DNA of 61,221 nt, counting the filler, from Squatina squatina (Eukaryota), in assembly GCA_031763465.1 (NCBI GenBank). It is 3 parts of 3 records of this genome, joined end to end, with 100 filler letters (N's around TTAATTAATTAA, not from the genome) between each part and the next. Parts side by side here need not be neighbours in the genome. Positions count along the whole stretch, not along the records: positions 1 to 22,679 come from JARFOE010000189.1; 2 more parts are not named here. One strand, written 5' to 3'. The position numbers were made by a program, and so were the translations under genes. The notes under the pieces were generated by a model, which was not told the DNA's origin, searched no databases, and saw only the letters and a program-made list of their open reading frames with translations. Shown in pieces: positions 12,529-22,779 of this stretch (position 1 is its first letter; every line of letters starts with the position of its first letter).

Positions 12529-12990
12529 CAAACTTCTTAATCATACCTCCTACATTCAAGTCCAAGTCATTGATAAAAAGCACAAAAAGCAAAGGACCTA
12601 GTACTGAGCCTTGTGGAACCCCACTGGAAACAGCCTTCCAGTCACAAAAACACCCATCAACCGTTACCCTTTACTTCCTGCCTCTGAGCCAATTTTGGAT
12701 CCAACTTGCCACTTTGTCTTGGATCCTATGGGCTTTTAATTTCTTGACCAGTCTGCCATGTGGCACCTTATCAAAAGTCTTGCTAAAATCCATATAGACG
12801 AAATCAAATGCACTACCCTCATCGACCCTCCTTGTCACCTCAAAAAATTCAATCAAATTAGTCAGACCTTCCTTTAACAAATCCATGCTGACTTTCCCTG
12901 ATTAATCCGCGTAAATGAAGATTTATCCTGCTCCTCAGAATTTTTCCCAATAATTTTCCCATCAGCAAGATTAAGCTGACTGGCCTGCGT
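12529..12990 (-). mobile_element. CR1-type LINE reverse-transcriptase fragment (pseudogenised)
   Basis: Peptide LTNLIEFFEVTRRVDEGSAFDFVYMDFSKTFDKVPHGRL...WIQNWL, followed by a GVPQGSVLGP-encoding segment. Confidence 0.93.
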
Positions 12991-13721
12991 TTTGCACTTT
13001 ATTTGGGATGATCACAGCTGTTGGATTGTCCAACCTTCAGTTTGTTGACCTCAATTCATCTCGGAACCTCTTTGTTCTCGGATTTTCCATCTTCTTCGGA
13101 CTAATGCTGCCCAGTTACCTGAAACAGAACCCCCTTGTCACGGGTAGGTGTGCGCCCTGCAAGGAGTTGCATTCGGTAGCTACATAATAAATTGTACAGT
13201 CGAATGACGAGCCGGTATAGATTGGGCCCAGTGAGGAGCTCCCAGGGTGCCCATCCCATTCCATAACATTCCCATGGTTATGAACCAGCATGGGCACAAT
13301 GGGCCGAATGGACCCTTTCTGTGCTGTGAAGGAATCTGTTTTCTCTCCCAAGCTACTTACCAATGGTGCTCTCAAGCTCCCAGCTACCTCGTCTTGGATC
13401 CTACATTCACCACATTATCAGCTCAACTATTCCCTCTCCTTCACCTTTGACGCTGTTATACCCAGTAAAATCCCTGCTATCTCACATCCTGGTCACTCCC
13501 CCCTCGTATGACCCCCCATCTTCATTCGTGCCCCCGTGGGTGCACATCTACTTTCGCCATCCATCACTAAGTCTGGCTGGACCACTGTCAGGCCTCACTC
13601 TTGTCTGCCAAAGCTGCTCGCTACTCCATGACAGTCCTGGAGAGCAAAGATAACCCGGGCTTCTCTTCTCCACTGCCAAACATCTCCTTGGACCCTCTTC
13701 TCTGCCCCCTTCACCACTACC

Positions 13722-14015
13722 AACAACAACAACTTGTATTTATATAGCGCTTTTAACGTCCTAAAACGTCTCAAGGTGTTTCGCAGGAGCATTATCAAGC
13801 AAAATTTGACGCTGAGCCGCAGGGGATGATATGAGGGCAGTCGGAGCATCGTAAAGGAGGAAAGGGGTTTAGGGAGGGAGTTCCAGAGCTTGGGACCCAG
13901 GCCACCAATGGTGGAGCGATTAAAAATCAGGGATGCGCAAGAGGCCAGAATTGGGGGAGCGCAGAGATCTCGGAGTGTTGTAGGACTGGAGGAAGTTAAA
14001 GATAGGGAGCAGGGG
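13722..14015 (-). mobile_element. L2/CR1-clade LINE 3' end with (TTG)n tail
   Basis: Minus-strand LQSYNTPRSLRSPNSGLLRIPDF and tail aaaagcgctatataaatacaagttgttgttg; related copies at 20090-20175, 29450-29691 and 55230-55510. Confidence 0.75.
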
Positions 14016-14224
14016 TGAGGCCCTCTTTGTCAATACAATTTGAGACCATCCATTCAGCTGGCTTTGCTGCTTCGCCCCCTTCCCTCCTCCCCACCCCCCC
14101 TTCCATCCCAAGCTCTGAATCCGNNNNNNNNNNNNNNNNNNNNNNNNNNNNNNNNNNNNNNNNNNNNNNNNNNNNNNNNNNNNNNNNNNNNNNNNNNNNN
14201 NNNNNNNNNNNNNNNNNNNNNNNA

Positions 14225-14612
14225 GTACTTTTGGAGTGTAGTCACTGTTGTAATGTGGGAAACACAGCAGCCAATTTGTGCACAGCAAGCTCCCACAAAC
14301 TGCAACAAGACAATGACCAGATAATCTGTTTCAGCGATGTTTTGTTGAGGGATAAATATTGGCCCGGACACTGGGAGAACTCCCCTGCTCTTCTTTGAAA
14401 TAGTGCCATGGGATCTTTTACACCTACCTGAGAGAGCAGACAGGGCCTCGGTTTAACATCTCAGTCAAAAGACGGCATCTCCGACAGTGCGGCACTCCCT
14501 CAGCACTGCACTGGAGTGTCAGCCTAGATTTTGAGTTCAATTCCCTGGAGTGGGACTTGAACCCACAACCTTCTGACTCTGAGGCGAGAGTGCCACCCAC
14601 TGAACCATGGCG
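14225..14612 (-). mobile_element. tRNA-derived Deu-domain SINE (SacSINE1/AmnSINE1-like), nearly full length
   Basis: Minus strand shows Pol III A box TGGTTCAGTGGG and B box GGTTCAAGTCCC, plus the core GTAAAAGATCCCATGGCACTATT..GGCCAATATTTATCCCTCAAC. Multiple copies in the window. The family name is from recall. Confidence 0.85.
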
Positions 14613-14948
14613 GACAGAGTAAACCAAGAATGTATTGTGGGTGGGTGTGGGATATCGGCAGGCGATGCTGTCGGGAGTCCCTGTGGTACTGTACAGTATG
14701 TGGAGTTGGATTTAGAGAGCTGCGTGCTATTGAACGCATCTATTGTCAAGATGCACTGAATTATTTCAATCAACATAGTGAATTCTGGTGAAGAAGCACA
14801 CAAGCTGAATTGGGCAAGGATATATTAGACCTGTACTTTTAGCTATGCCCTGTTGTCGGTCCTTATTGGTGGTTTGGATTGCGATGTGTAATTTGTTTTT
14901 AAAATCTATTTTTCCAGTGTAGGTTGTTGTGTTTGACTCTGCCTCATC

Positions 14949-15065
14949 CTGGCGCTTTTCCGATTGGATGGTGTTTACCTATCCAAAGAGGAAGATGAAT
15001 TTGTGGATAAAATTATCGAAGGGCTGGAATGTCTTCTTTCACAAACCGTTCAGGATCCGAAAGAA
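14949..15065 (+). CDS. R3HCC1: R3H and coiled-coil domain protein 1, first coding exon, CTG start; 3' boundary uncertain
   Basis: Peptide (M)ALFRLDGVYLSKEEDEFVDKIIEGLECLLSQ aligns with recalled human (M)[31 protein letters not shown]. Acceptor tttccag at 14911-14917; lies next to ENTPD4 as in human. Confidence 0.78.
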
Positions 15066-15788
15066 GTCTGCTATATCATTGTAATCAATGACTTCACTTC
15101 TCTCTTCCCTTCATAACATTTCGTTTTAATAGCTAGCTGTAGTCAATATTGCCTCACTATAAAATATTTCATAAAAGCATGCTGGCAGCTTAGTTTATGA
15201 CAAGTTCATTTCCCACTGCATTCTTAATATAGCTACTTGTTTCCAAATGTCATAAGCAAGATCTCTGATTTCTTATCTTCACAGAAAAATGGACCAAATT
15301 AGATTCTAGAATCCCCTGTAATAAAAATGGAATTTAACTAATTCAATCACCTTAAACAGTAGCCCTGGTCACAGCCCTATATTTACAGCTCTTTTTGGGT
15401 TCTTGGTTACATTTTGAGTTGGCAGTTTTTGAAGTTGTTTTTAAACTTTTGCAAGGTTTCTAGGTTGACATGTATGCCACTATANNNNNNNNNNNNNNNN
15501 NNNNNNNNNNNNNNNNNNNNNNNNNNNNNNNNNNNNNNNNNNNNNNNNNNNNNNNNNNNNNNNNNNNNNNNNNNNNNNNNNNNNAATGTAGTGTTGGCCA
15601 TGCCTTTGCATAAAGGTGCCGTTAACCTGGAGATGCAACTCTGAGAGATCTTAGCAACTGAATATTTGGGGTGTAGGGATGGAATAAAACTCATTCTGCA
15701 ACTCGGGCATTTTAAAGTATGCAATGCTTGTATAAAGGCTTACGAAGAAACATTATCTCACTGGTTGTCCTTTCATGAATTCACACAG

Positions 15789-15943
15789 GTGAGGATTCGG
15801 TTGTGGAAGTCAACGTTCCAGGCACTGAGACCCAGGCGGCTGTTGTCCGCAAGAGGACAACTGGTGTACTGGACATGGGCGGGGTGTCCACTCAGATAGC
15901 CTATGAAGTCCCCAAAACTGTAAGCTTTGCCTCTTCACAACAG
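15789..15943 (+). CDS. ENTPD4: Ectonucleoside triphosphate diphosphohydrolase 4 exon with apyrase conserved region 4 (LDMGGVSTQIAYEVPKT-VSFASSQQ)
   Basis: acacag acceptor; two donors, at 15920 (GTAAGC) and 15944 (GTTATT). DMGGVSTQ is ENTPD4-type. Confidence 0.93.
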
Positions 15944-16624
15944 GTTATTATCTGTCCAACCTTTTTTTCTTTGATTTTGTGTTTTTTCCTTTTTAATCCC
16001 TGTTGCCTAACATTTTTGATTTTGTGCTTGTGTTCAACACTTTGCATGGTAGATACTGAAGCTGCAATTCCAGGCCGGAGCTCCCCGATACCAGTGCGCA
16101 TGCTCTCCTTAAAAACTGATATGCCATTACATTTTGTCGCCTTGTGTGTTGCCTGCTCTCCGTTTCTTAAAACCAGTCTGATGTGCCATTTAAAATGTAA
16201 TGTAGCGTATTATCGTATTGATGGGAATAAAAGCAGGGCTGCTTTGTCTCTACAAGCTTTGCATTGAGTGTGTCTGCTATCTAAATCATGAATGCAGTTC
16301 AGTGTAGCGCTCCTCAGATGGTTTTTTGAGTTTCTGGCCCTGCAGCTACTGAAAGTCATTTTGGGTGGGTTTCTGGAGCAGTTCTCTTGCGAGCGAAGGC
16401 TTTTTAATATTTGAGAAAATAGCTTTTGCCATTTTTCTCTGAAGGTTTTTGTTTAGTGCATAGCGCTGATTAATGAATGCCCCCCCCCGCCCCTCCAAGA
16501 ATAGTTTAAATTCTTGACACATGCATTTTCGTGTCCACTTATTTTAATTGTGCTTCATTTTAAATGTTGCTTGAACTGCATGCGAAATGGTTACAATCCA
16601 TCACTGGAATTGTCGCAATGTAGT

Positions 16625-16763
16625 CGGATGCACCTGGAGTACTATGCACGGTTTTGGTCTCCTTACCTAAGTAAGGACATACTTGTTTTAGAGGAGCTGC
16701 AATGAAGGTTCACCAGACTGATTCCTGGGATGGGAGTGTTCTCCTATGAGGAGAGACAGAATA
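16625..16763 (+). mobile_element. CR1-type LINE fragment
   Basis: Peptide HLEYYARFWSPYLSKDILVLEELQ. Confidence 0.8.
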
Positions 16764-16863
16764 NNNNNNNNNNNNNNNNNNNNNNNNNNNNNNNNNNNNN
16801 NNNNNNNNNNNNNNNNNNNNNNNNNNNNNNNNNNNNNNNNNNNNNNNNNNNNNNNNNNNNNNN

Positions 16864-18195
16864 AGATCATCATACACCCTGCCCAATATCAGATCATTAT
16901 ACATCCTGTCTCATATCAGATCATTATACACCCTGCCTGATATTGGGTCATTATACATCCTGTCTGATATCAGATCATATTATACCCTGCCTGATATCGG
17001 ATCATTATACACACTGCCTGATATTGGATCATCATACACACTGCCCAATATCGGATAATTATACATCCTGTCTGTTATCAGATCATTATGCATCTTGTCC
17101 GAGATCAGATCATTATACATACTGTCAATATTCGATCATTATACAAACTGCCTGATATCAGATCATTATACATCCTCCCGATATGTGATCATTATACACC
17201 CTGTCTGATATCTGATCATTATACAAGCGGCCCAGTATCAGATCATTATACACCCTGCTCAATATCAGATCATTATACATCCATCTGATATCAGATCATT
17301 ATGCACCCTGCCCAATATCAGATCATTATACACCCTGCTCAATATCAGATCATTATACATCCTGTCTGATATCAGATTATTATAGGCCCTCCAGCTATCG
17401 GATCATTATACAACCTGTCTCATATCAGATATTTATGCACCTTGTCTGATATCAGATCATTATATATCCTCCCGATATTGGATCACTATACACCCTGTCT
17501 GATATCAGATTACTATAAACCCTGTCTGATATCAGATCAATATACACCCTGTCTGATATCAGATAATTATGCACCCTGCCTGTCATTGGATCACTATACA
17601 CCCTGCCCAATATCAGATCAATATACACCCTGTCTGATATCAGATCATTATACAGCCTGTCAGATATCAGATCATTATACATCCTGTCTGATATCAGATC
17701 AATATACACCCTGTCTGATATCGCATCACTATACACCCTGACTAATATCAGATCAATATACACCCTGTCTGATATTGGATCATGATCCACCCTGCCATTT
17801 ATCAGATCATTTTACACACTGTCAGATATCAGATGATTATACATCCTGTCTGATATCAGATCATTATACACCCTACCCAATATCAGATCATTATACACTC
17901 TGCCCAAAATCAGATCAGTATCAATGCTGTCTGATATCTGATAATTATACAACCTGTCTGATATCAGATCATTATACACCCTGCCAAATATCAGATCTTT
18001 ATACACCCTGCCCAATATCAGATCATTATACATCCTGTCTGATATCAGATCATTATATGCCTTGCCCAATATCAGATCATTTTTCATTCTGTCTTATATC
18101 AGATCATTATACCCCCTGCCCAATATCAGATCATTACAAACCCTGCCCAAAATTAGATCTTTATACATCCTGTCTGATAACAGAAGATTATACAC
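16864..18195 (+). repeat. 27-bp minisatellite, about 49 diverged units; consensus approximately ATATCAGATCATTATACACCCTG(TCTG/CCCA)
   Basis: Directly visible tandem array; the 9-codon periodicity ISDHYTPCL appears in the ORF track. Confidence 0.97.
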
Positions 18196-18346
18196 ACAGA
18201 AGGCTTCTGGAGGCCTTTGCGAGGACTGAATGCGATGGTGGTCGGTGCGGGACCTGCTCACGCTTTGTATTTTGCCTGCTATGAGAAAATGAAAAAGACT
18301 TTAAGTGATGCCATCAATCACGGTGGTAATAGTCACTTAGCAAACG
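18181..18346 (+). CDS. SLC25A37: Mitoferrin-1, 3' part of exon 2 ([54 protein letters not shown])
   Basis: Matches recalled mitoferrin [23 protein letters not shown]; GTATTT donor at 18347; synteny with ENTPD4 favours SLC25A37 over SLC25A28. The 5' part is missing. Confidence 0.88.
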
Positions 18347-18741
18347 GTATTTGACAATTAAGTCCGGTGAATTCTGTTCTCTAACATTCCGCTGCAACCC
18401 TGGCTCGCCTCTTGTACTTAATCAGCCAGCGACTGTAAGCTTTTCCAAAGTAGTTGTCTGTTGCATGCTTGTCTGTTGGATCAAAATGTGGGCGTTGTCA
18501 GTGAATGGTTGCATTGAGTGAAACAAAGGTTTAAATTGACCTGATCAGCTCTTAGATTTAGGTTTGTCTTTATCTCCTTTTTAAAAGCCATAAGAAATAG
18601 GAGCAGGAGTAGGCCATTCGGCCCCTCGAGCCTGCTCCGCCANNNNNNNNNNNNNNNNNNNNNNNNNNNNNNNNNNNNNNNNNNNNNNNNNNNNNNNNNN
18701 NNNNNNNNNNNNNNNNNNNNNNNNNNNNNNNNNNNNNNNNN

Positions 18742-18910
18742 NTCAGAAGGTTGTGAGTGCAAATCCTACACCTGAGCCTAAAATCTAGGCTGGCAGTGCA
18801 GTGCTGAGGGAGGGCTGCACTGTCAGAGGTGCTGTCTTTTGGCTGAGACATTAAACCAAGGTTCTGTCAGGTGGTTGTGAAAGACCCTATGGCACAAATT
18901 TGAAGAATGG
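18742..18910 (+). mobile_element. Deu-domain SINE, 5' and central fragment
   Basis: tcagaaggttgtgagtgcaaatcc..ctaggctg..cagtgctgaggg..aagaccctatggcac. Confidence 0.8.
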
Positions 18911-21311
18911 GTTTTGACTTTATGCAATGTCTCAGGAACAAGGCTGTGCCTTTGCTAGGTGTACCTACGGCAACTCCAGGGGGTGGAGTATGAAGCCAAG
19001 TGATTCCTGTAAGCCCGCCCTCTCTTCGCCTCTCTTCCCCCAGAGACCCCTGGAGCTCACCTGAGCCAGGAGCCCTGCTGGAGTCAGAGTAGGGCTACTT
19101 GATGTGAAGTTGTATATAGGCCCAGCCTAGACATCGTGTTCGTCTACAGCTGGAGCATCTGTTAATCAATACAGAGAGTTGTGTTAAGCCCTGCGTCGAC
19201 TGAGTTATTCCAGCTACAACCCAGACCTCGATACATAAAAAGCGTATGTGTGAGTGTTGATATTGCTCCACCTCTCGGCCAACATCTGCATACACAGCTA
19301 CCTTCCAGAAGGGGCTGCTCCTCAACAGGACCTGGGACTTTCATGGCCTGTATGTTCACCAGGCAGTGTCTCACTCCACAAGGCCGTTAAGATATGATTC
19401 CATTTTTCTTTCAAAGCATCCTATTCTAAAGAAAGGCAAGTTCTGGACTTGCCCAGCACAGAGCTGCGAGAAGTGAACTGATCCCTTCATGTTGCACCTT
19501 AATCTGATTCTGTTTGTCAGCGGAGAAAGATTTATCTTTTATTATTATTTTTTAACCTACTCCCCCCACACCCCCCCCCCACTCCCCTGAAAAAAAATAC
19601 AGTTGCTACTTGGCTGAGATAAGATTACCAGGTTCGAGAGAAACAAAGGGTTGCTCTGTGCTTCTTCAATATCTGCATCTGTTAAACATTAAAAGAGATT
19701 TGAGATGCTTGATAGCAAGCAGCAATGTGTAAACAAGGATCAGTCGAGGGCCCCAGAATTCGAGCAGCTGAGATGAAGCAAGACTTCAGGTTCTCGGCCT
19801 GTTACTGTCTTGCCTTTTGTGCGGCCTATTTGGGAGTCTTCCTATTTTTTTTTTGAAGAGGGAGAGGCTTATCAGTAAGCTTGGTAAGCTTCCCGCATGC
19901 AATCAAGCCACATTGCCCTCGCTCTTAATGCGCTGCTCTGTTTATGCAATGCAGGGATACATGTAATCTCGTTTGTTTTGGGCTCATCAGAAAATGTCAA
20001 GCGTGAAGGTCTGCCTTTACACGACAGACACTCTGGCAGATAAGTCTACCCTCCTCTTGGCTTGCACTTGCGCTTGAGTCAGTGCCCCATTACAACAACA
20101 ACAACTTGCATTTGTACAGCCCCTTTTACGTAGTAAAACGTCTCAAGGTGCTTCACAGGAGCCATTATCAAACAAAATGTTGGTCTCCTTACCCAAGGAA
20201 GGATAAACTTGCCATAGAGGGAGTGTTCACCAGACTGATTCCTGGGATGGTGGGATCGTCCTCTGAGGGGAGATTGAGAAGACTNNNNNNNNNNNNNNNN
20301 NNNNNNNNNNNNNNNNNNNNNNNNNNNNNNNNNNNNNNNNNNNNNNNNNNNNNNNNNNNNNNNNNNNNNNNNNNNNNNNNNNNNAAGTCTCTGGAGAAGG
20401 GGTCTATGATCCCACAACCCTCTAGCCCAGAGGGCGAGAGTGCAAACCCACTGAGCCACGGCTGACAACCGAGTGATCAAACTTTTTTTTGTGGGTATTT
20501 GGGCTTCTTTGTCTCTCGAGTTAAATAGCCTGGTGGAAGAAGGTAATTTATTAGCTGTTTTGACAAGTCTGGGAAAAGATGTTTACTTTGGTCGATTGGA
20601 TGTAGTGCGTGAAGATTGGTCAACAGAAAAGGAGCTGCCTCTGTTTACTTTGTGAATGACAAACCCTGGAAACCATTTGGTGACCTAACCGGTTAAGTTG
20701 CCTCATGATAGATAGTTGCTGAGAGATTTTATGACTATGTATACACCAGAGGTTGACATGGAAGATTTATTGATGGATCTGAGGGAGGTTGAGAAATTTT
20801 CCATCGCCTCAACTTGACAACCACACCAGCAGCAACCAAACATGGTAACTATGCAAAGTTCAATGGTTTATTCAGTTGATTGATTCAAACATGGCGACAA
20901 AGAGACAGATCTCTCGCAATGGGAATATCACTGTTGAATGCTGACAGGCTCTTAAAGAAGGCCTGAAGGGTTCCCCTTTTTTCCACCGCCCCGAACCCTG
21001 CCTTTTGACAATTGGGGTTGCTTTAGGGCTGCAAGGATCGTGCAGATTGTAAGACGTGGGATACCTCCCCGAGGAACTCACACTCGAGGCTCGGACTTTT
21101 ACTCTGGACACTGTGAAAGAATCCAACCAATGTATCCACTAAATGCGGTAAACTTTACTTAAAACAGCTCAAGACCTGACAGCTCAAATGATCCGTGTTA
21201 CCAGCAGCACTCAGGCCCTCACCTGTTGGTAGTGCACTTAATATTTACCCAAGTCTTTGAGTCACACTTTGCGTGGGAGTGGAGTCCGTTGGCTGGTCAC
21301 TTCGTTGTTGT

Positions 21312-21633
21312 CCCGTCTCTCCATCTCTCCCAGTGATTGAACAAATTACTCGTTCCCAACTTCCCGTCTCTCTGTGTCTCCCAGTGATTGACCAAATAAC
21401 TCGTTCCCAACTGCCCGTCTCTCCACATCCCCAGTGATTGACCAAATCACTCGCTCCCAACTGCCCGTCTCTCCGTGTTTCTCTGTGATTGACCAAATCA
21501 CTCATTCCTGACTGCCCGTCTCTCCGTGTTTCTCTGTGATTGACCAAATCACTCATTCCTGACTACCAGTCTCTCCGCCTCTCCCAGTGATTGACCAAAT
21601 CAATCATTCCCGACTACCCGTCTCTCCGGATCT
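21312..21633 (+). repeat. 51-bp minisatellite, about 6 units, running into a gap
   Basis: Repeated cccgtctctcc..gtgattgaccaaatcactc..cc.actg units. Confidence 0.93.
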
Positions 21634-21733
21634 NNNNNNNNNNNNNNNNNNNNNNNNNNNNNNNNNNNNNNNNNNNNNNNNNNNNNNNNNNNNNNNNNNN
21701 NNNNNNNNNNNNNNNNNNNNNNNNNNNNNNNNN

Positions 21734-22498
21734 CAAGGGCTCAACGACCGCTTCGCCGGCTACATCGACAAGGTCCACTTCCTGGAGCAGCAGAACAAGG
21801 AGCTGGACGCCGAGATCCAGGCTCACAGGCAGAAGCAGGTGACCCACGGCCAGCTGGGCGACGTGTACGACCAGGAGATCCGGGAGCTGAGGTCCCTCAT
21901 CGAGCAGGTCAACCACGAGAAAGCCCAGATCCAGCTGGACACCGATCACCTGGACGACGACATGCAGCGCCTGAAGGACCGCTTCGAGGAAGAGGCTCGG
22001 CTGAGGGACGAGACGGAGGCCACCGTCAGGGCGCTGAAGAAGGAGATGGACGACTCCTCGCTGGTGAAGGTGGAGATGGAGAAGAAGGCGCAGTCGCTGC
22101 AGGACGAGGTGGCGTTCCTGAGGAACAACCATGAGGAAGAGGTGGCCGACCTCTTCGCCCAGATCCAAGCCTCCCAGATCACGGTGGAGAAGAAGGACTT
22201 CCTCAAGACCGACCTCACCTCGGCGCTGAAGGAGATCCGCTCCCAGCTCGAAGGTCACTCGGCCAAGAACATGCAGCAGACCGAGGAGTGGTTCAAGTGC
22301 CGCTACGTCAAGCTCAACGAGGCGGCCGAGATGAACAAGGACGCCATCCGCTCGGCCAGGGAGGAGATCAGCGAGTACAGGCGCCAGCTGCAGTCCAAGA
22401 GCATCGAGCTGGAGTCGGTGAGGGGCACCAAGGAGTCCCTGGAAAGGCAGCTCAATGATATCGAGGACCGACACAACGCGGACGTGTCAAACTACCAG
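21734..22498 (+). CDS. NEFM: Neurofilament medium chain, exon 1 rod domain (5' part in gap)
   Basis: Intermediate-filament coil motif [19 protein letters not shown]; NEFM-type EEWFKCRY and [22 protein letters not shown]; donor CAG|GTAGGA at 22499. Confidence 0.95.
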
Positions 22499-22679
22499 GT
22501 AGGAACCACCCCAAAACAATGCGGGCAACTGCAGCCTGGCATTCAGCCCAACCTTCCTGGGACAGGTCAAGATCTGGGAGCTGGGAGGTTGCAAAATCAA
22601 CGCAGCGACCCTTTAACAGTGATTTCAGTTGATATTCCACCTTGAGAGTGTGTGACACTGTAAGATTTAGATGTTAACA

Positions 22680-22779
22680 NNNNNNNNNNNNNNNNNNNNN
22701 NNNNNNNNNNNNNNNNNNNNNNNTTAATTAATTAANNNNNNNNNNNNNNNNNNNNNNNNNNNNNNNNNNNNNNNNNNNN
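22680..22779. other. Artificial scaffold linker N44-TTAATTAATTAA-N44
   Basis: A 12-mer with stops in all six frames centred in exactly 100 positions; identical structure at 44992-45091. Confidence 0.97.

Noticed and set aside
13116-13235. Minus-strand exon candidate ending CAG|GTAACT
   Set aside because: No convincing acceptor and no recognisable peptide in any frame.
14560-14612. tRNA gene
   Set aside because: The A and B boxes belong to a SINE head that continues into the SINE body; I cannot fold a complete cloverleaf.
16864-18195. CRISPR-like array or His/Cys metal-binding repeat protein
   Set aside because: The units are head-to-tail with no unique spacers, there are no cas genes, and the context is vertebrate. 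The ORFs arise from the 27-bp period and are broken by stops and indels.
21614-22474. 286-aa ORF antisense to NEFM
   Set aside because: Shadow ORF expected from the strong G/C third-position bias of the NEFM exon; no recognisable domain, and it runs into a gap.
22724-22735. TTAATTAATTAA as a homeodomain site or piggyBac TTAA target
   Set aside because: It is centred in symmetric N44 padding and repeated identically at 45036; a synthetic linker.
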